This document shows, piece after piece, positions 48,108 through 61,577 of a stretch of DNA of 64,000 nucleotides. The notes under the pieces were generated by a model that had not been told where the DNA came from, searched no databases, and saw only the letters and a list, made by a program, of their open reading frames with translations. This stretch comes from Octopus vulgaris (Eukaryota): contig OX597843.1 of NCBI GenBank assembly GCA_951406725.2, positions 8,060,001-8,124,000 on the forward strand, written 5' to 3'. Numbering within the stretch: the first letter of the stretch is position 1; each line of letters opens with the position of its first letter. The translations under genes were made by a program, and so were the position numbers.

Positions 48108-48406
48108 GGAGGCGCAATGGCCCAGTGGTTAGGGTAGCGGATTCGCGGTTGTAGGATCGCGGTTTCGATTCCCAGGCCGGGCGTTGTGTGTGTTTATTGA
48201 GTGAAAACACCTAGAGCACCACGCGGCTCCGGCTGGGGAGTGGTGGCGATCCTTGCTGTACTCTTTTCGCCACAACCTTCTCTCACTCTTTCTTCTGTTG
48301 GCCCGCTAGCTTAGCCAGCGGGGTGGCGTCATTTGAAGGCCAAAACAATGCGAAGCGCATTGTGACCAGTGATGTGTAGCAAAATATGATAGCCTGGTCG
48401 GTCACA

Positions 48407-48410
<4 letters not shown>
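48108..48410 (+). mobile_element. Full-length SINE family C
   Basis: Matches 38177-38477; a further 3' fragment lies at 50147-50252. Confidence 0.88.
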
Positions 48411-48446
<36 letters not shown>

Positions 48447-48564
48447 GGCACAATCAAAGACATATGTTAGTATATAAATAAATCTGTATATATTTGTCTT
48501 TCAGTGGTTCGTAAGACTCGTGTACCTGTAGATACTTATGTACGTATGTTTGTATGTGTCTGTA

Positions 48565-48627
<63 letters not shown>

Positions 48628-49183
48628 GAGTGAGAGAGCAGTTCATGCCATCAAAGTGACACTGGGGTAAAATATACGAAGCCCAGTATACCCATCATGA
48701 CTACCCGTCTGATAAGGGTACACCAGGCACATGCATCACAACCATATGTGCGCGACATGGTGATCTCTTATCAAGATAAACAGCACATGACCTTGCAGGT
48801 GGAGCCCAGTTAGAATTTTCTTCAGATCGAGTAACCCATCCCGCTCAAACGGTCCCTGAATAAGGGTTGTTTAAGGATGTTGAAAGAACCACCCATGTTT
48901 CCAGAGGTGAATTATTCAAACCCCAAAGAATCCCTCTCAACACATGGCTATGATGCTCCCCCACTACTTCTGCTCGTGATCAGAGATGCACATATCGTCA
49001 GTCACTAAGGGACATGCTCAACTGGTTAAGGTCAAACAATTGACAAGCAAATCTGTGGTATTGAGCAGAATATTTGCTGTAGCCCATCTTTTATACCAAG
49101 ACAAAACAATGTACATGATAACACTTCCAATCAGTTAAGATCAGAAGCCATGAGAGCCACTGCCTGGTACTGCATCAGGGCAG

Positions 49184-49184
<1 letters not shown>
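48628..49184 (-). mobile_element. Unclassified ~557-bp element embedded in an (ATT)n array
   Basis: Complex non-coding sequence bounded sharply by (ATT)n on both sides; TATAAAA on the minus strand at 49089-49095. Confidence 0.55.
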
Positions 49185-49263
<79 letters not shown>

Positions 49264-49267
49264 CATT

Positions 49268-49443
49268 ATCCTTTCTACTAAAGGCACATGGCCTAGTGCA
49301 TAACTGGTGGTTATTTCATCGACCCCGAAAGGATGAAAGGCAAAGTGGACCTCGGCGGAATTTGAACTCACATCTTAAAGGTAGACGAAATGCCCTCTAA
49401 GCACTTTATCCAACATGCTAACGATTCTGACAGCGGGACGCCA
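49268..49443 (-). mobile_element. SINE family B, internally deleted
   Basis: Head, B-box, central domain and tail end. Confidence 0.78.
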
Positions 49444-49529
49444 TACTTGGTTAATATAAGCAATTTGTCGAACATCGTGCAGCAGATATCGCCTGAGTAA
49501 AACGATAAGGCACTCAGAAATTGTCTGGT

Positions 49530-49790
49530 CTTACCAGAAGCACATTTCTTCCTCTTTTCTTCTGAGATAGATTCCAACAATATTACTGCTGCTGTGGAAG
49601 ATTGCAGTTGATGTTTGCAGGATTTTTCGGATTGTAAAGTCTGCAGAACGGATTTCCTCTATAGACCAATCAAAACATCACAAGTCTTCTAATATCAGAA
49701 CTGGCCGTCCGCTTGCATTGTAGGATATTGTATTCTTCTCAAAAGAAATTTTCGCCCGATAATTTTAAAAACTTCATATAACATCCACTG
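49530..49790 (-). pseudogene. Decayed R4/Dong-like non-LTR retrotransposon fragment
   Basis: Minus-strand peptide YNASGRPVL..FDWSIEEIRSADFTIRKIL..FHSSSNIVGIYLRRKE resembles the post-RT region of R4-clade LINEs. Confidence 0.6.
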
Positions 49791-50001
49791 GTTACACCAA
49801 ATATATTCATTTATTCACAGTATCTTTGACACATATAATATTCGTGCATACTCTATAGCGTGCGTATATATATATATACATACATACACACATACATACA
49901 CACATACACACACACACACACATACATATATATATAACCAGCCTAACGACGTAGCATATGTGAAGTATTATTAAGATGCTCAAAGAAGGAATAGGTTGGT
50001 T

Positions 50002-50036
50002 GTTTTACGTTTCGAGCATAGCTCTTCTTCGGAAAC
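50002..50036 (-). ncRNA. Minimal hammerhead variant (CCGAAGA core)
   Basis: Minus strand GTTT-CCGAAGA-A-GAGC(TAT)GCTC-GAAAC-GTA-AAAC. Confidence 0.7.
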
Positions 50037-50114
50037 AGGAAACATAGGGAAGTTTAAATGAAAAGGAAGGAGGAAAAAACTCGTCAGCAGTCCACGTGTA
50101 GTTACATTTTTGAA

Positions 50115-50149
<35 letters not shown>

Positions 50150-50699
50150 CCTGCGGGGTCGCGTCATTCGAAGGCTAAAACAATGCGAACGCATTGTGAC
50201 CAGCGATGTGTAGCAACATCTGATGGTCTGGTCGGTCACGTGGTCACGTGATATATATATATAAATTTATAAATAAGGATAATATCGATATTATCAAGTG
50301 GCCAGCATGTGAAAAATACCATACAAAGGTAATAATTGTTTACGACTAAAAATAAGGGTGTCTGAGAGACACCACCATGCCGAAATAGCAGTCAAATCCC
50401 TGACTCTAAAAACCACCATGAGTTAAGACAGAGGGACAAAATCAGTTGAATATATCAAAAGCACATAAATACAAATATATATATGCAGAACAAACGTTTA
50501 GTTATATATATATATATATATATATAATTAAGAAAGACCACGAAAGTGGACACCCTATATGCTAAACATGGCCGTCAAATCGCCGTTATCTCGAAGGATG
50601 TGTTCTCAAGAAAAAATCTCAGCAAAAATGCCAAAATGTAAGAGTTAGCCGGACAAACGAAATTATACGAAATAAAAAACGATTACCTATGAACCATTA

Positions 50700-51334
50700 T
50701 TTCTCCCTCTCTCTTTCTCTTTCTTTCTCTCTCTCCTTTTCTCTAACCCTCTATCTTTCTCTGTCTCTCTTTTACTTTCTTTAACTCTTTCTTTCCTTGT
50801 CTCTTTTACCCTGTCTCTCTTTCTCTGTCTTATTCTTTCTCTCTCTTCCTTTCTCTCTCTTTCTTTCTCTCACTCTCTCTGTCGCTCTTTAACTCTGTCT
50901 TTCTGTGACACTTTTACTCTATCCCTCTCTCTTTCTCTTTCTTTTCCTCTCTCCTTTTCTCTAACCCTCTATCTTTCTCTGTCTCTCTTTCACTTTCTTT
51001 AACTCTTTCTTTCCTTGTCTCTTTCACCACGTCTCTCTTTCTCTCTCTCTCTTTCTTTCTCTCTCTTTCTTTCTTTCTCTTTCTTTCTCTCTCTTTCTTT
51101 CTTTCTCTTTCTTTCTCTCTTATTCTTTCTCTCTCTTTCTTTCTCTCTCTTATTCTTTCTCTCTCTTTCTCTCTCTCTCTTTCTTTCTCTCTCTTTCTTT
51201 CTCTCTCTTTCTTTCTCTCACTCTCTCTGTCGCTCTTTAACTCTGTCTTTCTGTGACACTTTTACTCTATCCCTCTCTCTTTAAACTCAGTCTCTCTGTT
51301 TCTCTAACTCTCTCCCTCTTCCTATCTCTTTTAA

Positions 51335-51365
<31 letters not shown>

Positions 51366-51770
51366 TTAACCCTTTCTCTGTCCTAGTTTCTTTTCCTCCC
51401 TCTCACTATACATCTGTATCTCTCTTAACCCTCTTCCTCCTTCACTCAAGCTCTCCATCCCCACCCACTCTCTCTCTCTCTGTCTCCCCCCTCTCCTTCT
51501 GTTTCTCTCTCTCTCTCTCTGTCTCCCCCTCTCCTTCTGTTTTCTCTCTCTCTCTCTCTCTCTCTGTCTCCCCCTCTCCTTCTGTTTCTCTCTCTCTCTC
51601 TCTCTGTCTCCCCCTCTCCTTCTGTTTCTCTCTCTCTCTCACTATACATCTGTATCTCTCTTAACCCTCTTCCTCCCCCACTCAAGTTCTCCATCTCCAC
51701 TTTCTATCTCTCTCTCTCTCTGTCTTCTTCTGTCCCCATCTTCTTCTGTCTCTTTCTCTCTCCCTGTCTG
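50700..51770. repeat. ~1-kb polypyrimidine (CT-rich) tract with internal duplications
   Basis: Blocks repeated at about 50726/50947 and 51405/51640. Confidence 0.9.
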
Positions 51771-51776
51771 TCTCCG

Positions 51777-51791
51777 GTTGCCATTGGCAAC
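51777..51791. promoter_or_regulatory. RFX X-box-like palindrome
   Basis: GTTGCC-ATT-GGCAAC fits GTNRCC(N0-3)RGYAAC. Confidence 0.45.
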
Positions 51792-51849
51792 AAGCAATAT
51801 TACCGAGGGTCGGTCACGGTATTGTTAATGCATTGACGTCTTCAGCAGC

Positions 51850-51913
<64 letters not shown>

Positions 51914-52357
51914 GCAATATAATGCGTTGCATTGTTATAAAAGATCCAGAGAAATGATATGTGGGTATAGGTGGCGCTGGCGGTGGTGGTGGTGGTGGTG
52001 GTGGGGCATTCGAACACTTCCGGTCTGGAACTAAACAGCGACAAGAAGATGGTGGTACGTAAGGATGTGTATGGTGTGTGTGTGTGTAGAGGGTGGGGGG
52101 CGTTGATGGACCGGGATGGGCTGGGTAAGAAAGGGAGGGGGGAGGCTGGAGGGTTAAGAATGGACGGGTGGATGCTTGGGAGCGGGGTGGATGGAAGAAG
52201 AGATGCGTGGAAGAGGTTTGTCATAGGAGTGATTTACATTGACTGAGAAACGGGTATATGCATGCATATATGTGTGTGTGTATGTGTGTGTGTGTGTGTG
52301 TATGTGTGTGTGTGTTTGTGTGTGTGTGTTTGTGTGTGTGTATGTGTGTGTGTGTAT

Positions 52358-52405
<48 letters not shown>

Positions 52406-52762
52406 TTGTGTGTGTGTGTATGTGTGTGTGTGTGTGTGTGTGTCGTGTGTGTGTGTGTATGTTTATAAACAGATTGGTACATATGTATGAATGTATATGC
52501 GTGTGTGTGTACGTGTGTGTACTTGTGTGTACGTCTGCATATATATGTGTGTGTGTGTGTGACATGTGTGTGTGTGTGTGTCGTGTGTCGTGTGTGTGTG
52601 TATGTTTATAAACAGATTGGTACATACGTATGTACGTATATGCGTGTGTGTTTGTGTGTGTGTACGTGTGTGTACATCTGCATATGTGTGTGTTGTGTGT
52701 ATGTATATGTTTATAAACAGATTGCTACATATATATGCACATATATGTATATAGTTGTGTGT

Positions 52763-52912
<150 letters not shown>

Positions 52913-52926
52913 TGGACTTTTTTTCT

Positions 52927-52963
52927 GTTTCCCGAAGAAGAGCGTCTACTCGAAACGTTAAAC
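52927..52963 (+). ncRNA. Minimal hammerhead variant (CCGAAGA core), slightly decayed
   Basis: GTTT-C-CCGAAGA-A-GAG(CGTCTA)CTC-GAAAC-GTT-AAAC. Confidence 0.55.
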
Positions 52964-53232
52964 CATCTTTCTTTCCTTCCCTGAGCGTTTGATAATACTT
53001 TATATGTACCACGTTCTCACGTTGTTGGCGATTTTGCATCTGCTCTTTGTTTGTTTTTTTTGGGGGGGGGGGGTTACAAGGTACAGAAATCTTATATATA
53101 CACTACTCTGCTTGTATTTGAACTGCAAATACAATATCCTTACGTATCTCACGCCTGTTTTCATTCCTCCTCTTCACTCTGCATTTCACTTCTTCTATAT
53201 AATAACTTCTACTTAAGCATTTTCACCGCACT

Positions 53233-53280
53233 GTCTCTGATGAAGGGATATATAACATATCTCGGAAACAGCTGTAAGAC
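53233..53280 (+). ncRNA. Type I hammerhead motif, canonical core
   Basis: GTCT-CTGATGA-AGGGATAT(ATAAC)ATATCTCG-GAAAC-AGCT-GTA-AGAC; palindromic loop III. Confidence 0.8.
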
Positions 53281-53349
53281 CTTCTCTTTGTAAATGTTCT
53301 GAAAACTATTCACAACCTTGGAGTTTTTATGTCATTCTGTTAATTGATA

Positions 53350-53398
<49 letters not shown>

Positions 53399-53706
53399 GT
53401 TTGTATGTATGTATCCACGTGTGTGTGTGTAAGTTTGTCCCTACCATTGTTTGACAACCGATGTTGGTGTGCTTAGGTCCCCATACCTTGGCGGTTCTGC
53501 ACAAAACACTGATAGATAAGTACTAGGCTTACAAAGAATAAGTCCTAGTGTCAATTCCTTCGACTTAAGGCGGTGCTCCAGCATGGCTGCAGTCAGATTA
53601 CTCAAACCAGTAAAAGAATAAATTATATATATATATATATGGGCCGACCAAAGCGTTGTGAGTGGATTTGGTGGATGGAACTTGAAAGAAGCTCGTTGTA
53701 TATATC

Positions 53707-53737
<31 letters not shown>

Positions 53738-53774
53738 TTGTATTTGTCGCCCCAACATCGCTTGATAACCGATG

Positions 53775-53832
<58 letters not shown>

Positions 53833-53943
53833 CAATATATACATATATGTATATATATATATATGTGTGTATATATATATATATATATACATCTATATAT
53901 ATATATATGTATATATATATACAAATGTATACATATATATATA

Positions 53944-53986
<43 letters not shown>

Positions 53987-53988
53987 GT

Positions 53989-54049
<61 letters not shown>

Positions 54050-54055
54050 TATATA

Positions 54056-54159
<104 letters not shown>

Positions 54160-54345
54160 TGCTGTTAATTGTTTCAACTTAAAGCTGCGTTCATGCTGAG
54201 ACGCCATACACACACGCGCTGTCAAATTGACTGCGTTTTTCGAAGAATCTGCAATCTTGACGTAAGCAAGTCATTTACACGGCGGACACACAGACACACT
54301 TACACTGTCAAATTCACACACACAACTATAAACGAATACACAAGC

Positions 54346-54398
<53 letters not shown>

Positions 54399-54462
54399 TA
54401 GCTACATAAATAGATATATACGTGTGTGTGTGTTCTTATTCACGTGTACATATTTATATAGG

Positions 54463-54516
<54 letters not shown>

Positions 54517-54535
54517 TATATTTAAATATACATAT

Positions 54536-54588
<53 letters not shown>

Positions 54589-54761
54589 TGCTTACACAAA
54601 GCATGCATATTAACTTACATTTACATAAATGCACACACATTTAATACGTATACATATATAACATTCTACATAGGTATATATCAGTGCATGTGTATGTATA
54701 TACACACACACTCGCACACACGTATATCTGAATTCGTGTCTATGTGTATATATATATATAT

Positions 54762-54802
<41 letters not shown>

Positions 54803-54813
54803 GAGAGAGATAG

Positions 54814-55070
<257 letters not shown>

Positions 55071-55645
55071 TGAACATACATATATCTATGAACATATATA
55101 TATATATATATACACACACACATATATATATATATATACGCAGAGGAATACTAATATAGATATTATATCGAGAGACCCAGAGAGAGAAGAGAGAGACCGC
55201 AAGAGGAAAAGCCTGACACAGTGCGAAAGAGAGAGAGATAAAGAGAGAGAGAGAGAGAGAGGGAGCAACGTGGATGTGTGTGAGCACATACACATATACT
55301 CACAGACACACACACACACACACTCACACACACACACACACACACTCATACTATACAGACACACACTCATTAGAAACAAAAAACACACAGCTGAAACAGT
55401 ATATGACAGCCTTCTTTACCCAAGCGTGAACTTTTATACAATACACGTGTTATGGCGTAATATATATAGCCTTATTATATACACGCCATTACATATACAC
55501 AACAACTATATCCATACATCATACACGCGTAGACGCATGCGCACATACAAATATACGTCGTCGTTAAATATATACTCACATCTCCATACGCACACACGCA
55601 AGCATATACATACACACATACATACATACATACAAACACACACAC

Positions 55646-55694
<49 letters not shown>

Positions 55695-55802
55695 CATTCA
55701 TACATATATACATATACATATATATATGTATATATATATATACATGTATATATATATATATATATACATACATATATTCATACATACATATATATATATT
55801 TA

Positions 55803-55850
<48 letters not shown>

Positions 55851-56577
55851 CATAATCCATACATACATACATACATTCATGCATACATATATGTATATGT
55901 ATATATATATGTATATATATATTATATATATTATATATATACATATATATATATACATACATGTATACATACATATATGTATATGTATATATATATGCAT
56001 ATATATATGTATATATATATATATATATATATACATACATACATACATACATACATACATACATACATACATACATACATACATACATACATACATACAT
56101 ACATACATACATACATACATACAAACATACATACATACATACGTACGTACATACATACATAGGTTTCCGCGCACACATACGCACGTACGTTTCTATAGGT
56201 TTATATACGGCTATATACGACACAGCCACTTAAGTCTCACGTCAGTATGATGTATTGACACTCTTGTGAGTGTGGACACTCTACGTTGTGTATCTGCGAT
56301 CTTTAACCTTGCTCTTCCATTTATCATATGTCTTATATATCAGCTCGGATTATTGTTGTAGTTGTTGTTGGTGTTGTTGGTGTTGTTGGTGGTGGTGTTT
56401 GTGTTGATGGTGGCGGTGTAGGTTGGACGTGTACGAAAAGCAATTGGCAACAAAACTAAAGACGGTTTAAATGATGCTGGGCTTCAACACTTCGCCTTCG
56501 GCATTGTTCTTGTGTGTTGTTTTTACTTGTTCTGCTTTAACCCCAGGTCGGCCATTAACCGGACAGAGTTATGATCA

Positions 56578-57067
56578 ATCTGCTTCCTTCCAGGGTTATC
56601 TGCCCACGTTGTCCTACCGAAGCGAACACGAAAACCGATTTAAGGCGTTTGTTCGCAAGGCAAAGGCCACTGTTGAGGAACGTTTAGCATCTATTTCTAG
56701 CACATCTGCTTCCTTCCAGGGTTATCCGCTCAAAAACCGAATTAAGGCGTTTGTTCGCAAGGCAAAGGCCACTGTATTGAGGAACATTTAGCATCTATTT
56801 CTAGCACATCTGCTTCCTTCCAGGGTTATCCGCCCACGTTATCCTTCCGTAGCAAACACGAAAACCGATTTAAGGCGTTCGTTCGCAAGGCAAAGGCCAC
56901 TGTTTTGGGGAACATTTAGCATCTATTTCTAGCACATCTGCTTCCTTCCAGGGTTATCCGCCCACGTTATCCTTCAGTAGCGAACACGAAAACCGATTTA
57001 AGGCGTTCGTTCGCAAGGCAAAGGGCACTGTTTTGAGGAACATTTAACATCTATTTCTAGCACATCT
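56578..57067. repeat. Tandem repeat, 4 copies of a ~128-bp unit (one internally deleted)
   Basis: TCTGCTTCCTTCCAGGGTTATC..TTTAGCATCTATTTCTAGCACA repeated. Confidence 0.95.
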
Positions 57068-57239
57068 AGGAAAAATGCAGATGAACCTCTTATGGGTTCA
57101 TGCATATATACATATTATAAGGTAGAGATGAGCCATAAAGGAGATTTTGCTGCTATTTCTAGCATACCTAACTGCAATAAGGAGCTCTCCTTCGTTGACC
57201 CATGAGACTGAGGTGTTAGTGTTCTCAAGAAATATATAT

Positions 57240-57535
57240 ATGCTTGTCTCCCAATCTCATGCTTTCGCGTTCGATCCCAGTGCATGACACCTTGGACAAG
57301 TGTCTTCTACTCTAGCCTAGGGCTGACCATAGATTTGCCCGTAGATTTAATAGATGGAAAATGAAAGAAGCCCGTCCTATATGTGTGTGTGTGTGTGTGT
57401 CTTTGCATCTGTGTTTGTACTAAGTTTAAAATGAAATAAGTACGAGAATTGATTCTTTCGGCTAAAATTATTCCAAGCCGTGCTCCAGCATGACCGCAAT
57501 CTAATTACTGAAACAAGTAAGAGGTAAAAGATATT
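57240..57535 (+). mobile_element. Old SINE family A copy
   Basis: Diverged head, CACCTTGGACAAGTGTC core and tail. Confidence 0.7.
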
Positions 57536-57947
57536 TTTTCACTGTTTATATTTTTGTACTGTCGTTACTGTCCTGTTTTTTTGTCATTTTTTACCCCTCT
57601 GCGAAAAGATCTCAGAATTTTAATTGATTTGCTTTTCGCAGGAAGGAAAGTTTCGTGTCGATGATACGTCTCGCTTTTATCCTTCGAAACGTAGAGTAGA
57701 TGAAACCGTAGCAACTGAAGAAGGGGATTTTTCTTTGTGTTAATTGTCCTGTACTCCATTTTTTTGTTGTTTTTTTTTGTTGTTTTTAAAAAAATGTCCA
57801 GTTCCTTTTGTTTGTGTCTATGCTTTTGTTTCTCTTTGTGTTCGACGTCCCTTTGGTGTCCTGTACTCATATATGCGTGTATATGTACATGTAGAGGTAG
57901 GTACGTACATATATGTTTATATATATGCATATGTTTTATTTCATTTA

Positions 57948-57985
<38 letters not shown>

Positions 57986-58177
57986 TGTAGGTACGTACAT
58001 ATATGTATGTATGTATGCATATATTTTATTTATTAAACTATTATATGACTGAGCGCCCTCGCGTCGTTTCGTTTCTTTCCTCCAAGTAAGATTTTATATA
58101 TAATTATGACGCGCACTCTCTAACCCTTTACTTGACATTTCCTTCCTTCCTGTCTGTCTTCCTCTCTACCTGTCTCT

Positions 58178-58277
58178 NNNNNNNNNNNNNNNNNNNNNNN
58201 NNNNNNNNNNNNNNNNNNNNNNNNNNNNNNNNNNNNNNNNNNNNNNNNNNNNNNNNNNNNNNNNNNNNNNNNNNNNN
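58178..58277. other. Assembly gap (100 N)
   Basis: Direct reading. Confidence 1.
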
Positions 58278-58698
58278 ACAGTTCTGATTGAAACCGGACT
58301 AGTTACTTTCGGGCCAGTTGTCCGGGGATTTTTCATCACAATCTGATTCGATACTCGTCGGTCTCGTTCAGTGAGCTTCGAAGTCCTACCGGACTTACTC
58401 CTCCTGCTAGAAGTTTTGCCCTGCTTCTCAAACTCAGTCAAAGTCCTTGATATGTTTATGGTGCCTTTTAGAAAAACAAGTAAGGAGTCGATACCCTCCC
58501 CCATCATTACTACAAGACCTGGAGACTGTTTTAGCTGAAGAATGGAGAAAAATTCCTTTGGAAAAAATTCAAACTTTGTACGAGTCCATACCTCATAGAA
58601 TTCAAGCTGTAATTACTGCCAAAGGTGGTCCTATCCCATGTTAAATTAAATTTGTATGAAATTTTAAGGTGTTTCCATTATTTTGTCCAACCCCTGTA
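58278..58698. mobile_element. Rearranged Tc1-like transposon relic
   Basis: Minus strand HTH-like SGRTSKLTERDRR..IVMKNPRTT; plus strand C-terminal LETVLAEEWRKIPLEKIQTLYESIPHRIQAVITAKGG; ends TTTTGTCCAACCCCTG|TA. Confidence 0.85.
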
Positions 58699-58877
58699 CA
58701 TATATGTAAACATAAACATATGCAATAACACTCATACACCTTCTTACATGAACACTTACATACATGCGCCCAACTTAGTCCATTTATCCACATTTTATAT
58801 TTACACACACACACATATATACATACTTACATATATACATATACATATACATATACATACACACACACACACACACG

Positions 58878-58913
<36 letters not shown>

Positions 58914-59112
58914 CATACATACATATATATATTGGTCTGGAACCACGATTGTTATTCGAGTCAATGCATTTAGCCCTTTAATATAATGATGAAGTGTTTG
59001 TTTGTTTGTGGAGAGAGAGAAAGAGGGAGGGAGAGGGAAAGAGATAGAAGCTGAGAGAGAGAGAGCATTTAGAGATGGAAGGATATATGTCTATACATGT
59101 GTGTGTGTGTAC

Positions 59113-59181
<69 letters not shown>

Positions 59182-59222
59182 TATGTACATATATATATAT
59201 GTATATATATATACGTATATTT

Positions 59223-59271
<49 letters not shown>

Positions 59272-59450
59272 TGTATATATGTCTATGCATTTATATGTAT
59301 GAATGTGTCCGTATATACAAATACACGTATATGTCTGTTTGAGATGTATATCAGAGTGTATATACATACATACGCAGACACTACACATACATATATATAC
59401 ACACAAATACACATGCACAACACACGTATATACATATATAGATATCCAAA

Positions 59451-59481
<31 letters not shown>

Positions 59482-60256
59482 TTGTATATATACATGTGTG
59501 TATGTGTGCGCGTATGAGGTGAGAAGGTGAGAAGAAGAGATAAACAGGTAGAGAGGGAGGTATTGAGGTTGTAGTTGGAGGGGTTATTGGCAAAGGATAA
59601 CACGATGGGCGTCGATGGCGGTAGCGGTGGAAGGGCAACGGCGGTGGGGTTGAGAAAGAGTGGGGTTTCATTTGGCGGAAAGCGAGATAATATAAATGTT
59701 TGCAAACATGGAAATCACTTTAAGGAAAAAGGAAGTAGCGGAGGTAAGATATGATAAGGTTTGATCAAGTGCTTGAGGCTAGAGTCGAGGAGTTGTGGTA
59801 GGAGGTGATGTGTGTGAGGAGGAATTAAGGAAAGAAAGAGAGAGGGGGCACGAAAAGAGAGAGAGGGAGGGAGTAAGAGAAAAGAGAGATTGGTGGAAGG
59901 GGTGCAAAGGTGGGAAATAGTGTTGGAGTTAGATAGTGAGGGTGCGAAGGATAGGAGACGGAACAAGAGTAGGAAAGTGAAAAGGAAGATATGTGTTTGC
60001 TTAAGAGAGTTTAAGTTATAGATAAATTGATGGGTAATCAGATATATATATATTTATATATATTTATATATATACATGCATATATATGTAGCATGTATAT
60101 ATATATATATATATGTGCATATATATACTTCACATTATGTCATATATACATTAGGTTTATGAAGTGCACGCGTATGTACAAGAGGTTTAAATTTGTACAG
60201 TAGATGCAAAACATCTATAAGTGTGTGTTTATAGATGTACATATATAAGTGTATGC

Positions 60257-60332
<76 letters not shown>

Positions 60333-60552
60333 TAAACCTCTTATTGGGATATTTTCATCCAAGATACATTTGTTTAATATATTATATTTTGATGAATATA
60401 TTACATAAAAATATCGTAAAATATCAAATATTATTATTGAGTTAGAAAAGAGAGAGATCCAATGGATACAACTTAATTTACTAATTAATTAACAACATCG
60501 TCTATAATTGTTTCATTTCACAAACAAAATCAAATTTACAAAACATATAAAT

Positions 60553-60763
60553 ACTCTTTTACTCTTTTACTTGTTTCAGTCATTTGACTGCGGCCATGCT
60601 GGAGCACCGCCTTTAGTCGAGCAACTCGACCCCTGGACTTATTCTTTTGTAAGCCCAGTACTTATTCTATCGATTTCTTTTGCCGAACCGCTAAGTGACG
60701 GCGACATAAACACACCAGCATCGGTTGTCAAGCAATGCCAGGGGGACAAACACAAACACACAA

Positions 60764-60816
<53 letters not shown>

Positions 60817-60964
60817 CATATATACGACAGGCTTCTTTCAGTTTCCGTCTACCAAATCCACTCACAAGGCTTTGGTCGGCCCGAGGCTATAGTAGAAGAC
60901 ACTTGCCCAAGGTGCCACGCAGTGGGACTGAACCCGGAACCATGTGGTTGGTAAACAAGCTACT
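60553..60964 (-). mobile_element. SINE family A, head truncated
   Basis: Reverse-complement match. Confidence 0.9.
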
Positions 60965-61324
60965 TTGTATGAAAACCCATCAGGACAACAAGGATTGCAT
61001 TAGTATACGTTTGGAATACACAGAATGTATAGACACGTTTATTAGGTGGAAGCCGTTTTCCGTAAGCGAGCCGAGGACCTGCGTAACTTCGGTATAGGTA
61101 CCGGAAGTACCGGATACATTTCAAGAAAGTGTTTTTTTTAATATATATATGGGGTGGGGGTTAGGGTTAGGGTTTGTGTTAGGGTTAGGGTTAGGTGTCA
61201 CTTATTTCGACACCCGGGGTATTGTGCATCGCGAATTCGTCGCTGAGGGTCAGACCATCGGTCAAGGGTTCTACTGCGACGTTTTGCAGCGATAGAGGAA
61301 AGCCATTCGGTAAAAGGGACCGAA

Positions 61325-61402
61325 CCCTCCAACCTTCTTCAGGTGCCTTGGGGAAATTTCGAACCTGGGATGTCATTCCTAAGCTATTTTTCGTTGTTGT
61401 TG

Positions 61403-61455
<53 letters not shown>

Positions 61456-61485
61456 GTTGTTGTTGTTGTTGTTCTTCTTCTTCTT

Positions 61486-61577
<92 letters not shown>

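Noticed and set aside
61160-61195. Telomere or chromosome-fusion site (also 4589-4604)
   Set aside because: Only a few degenerate TTAGGG units inside repeat elements, single orientation
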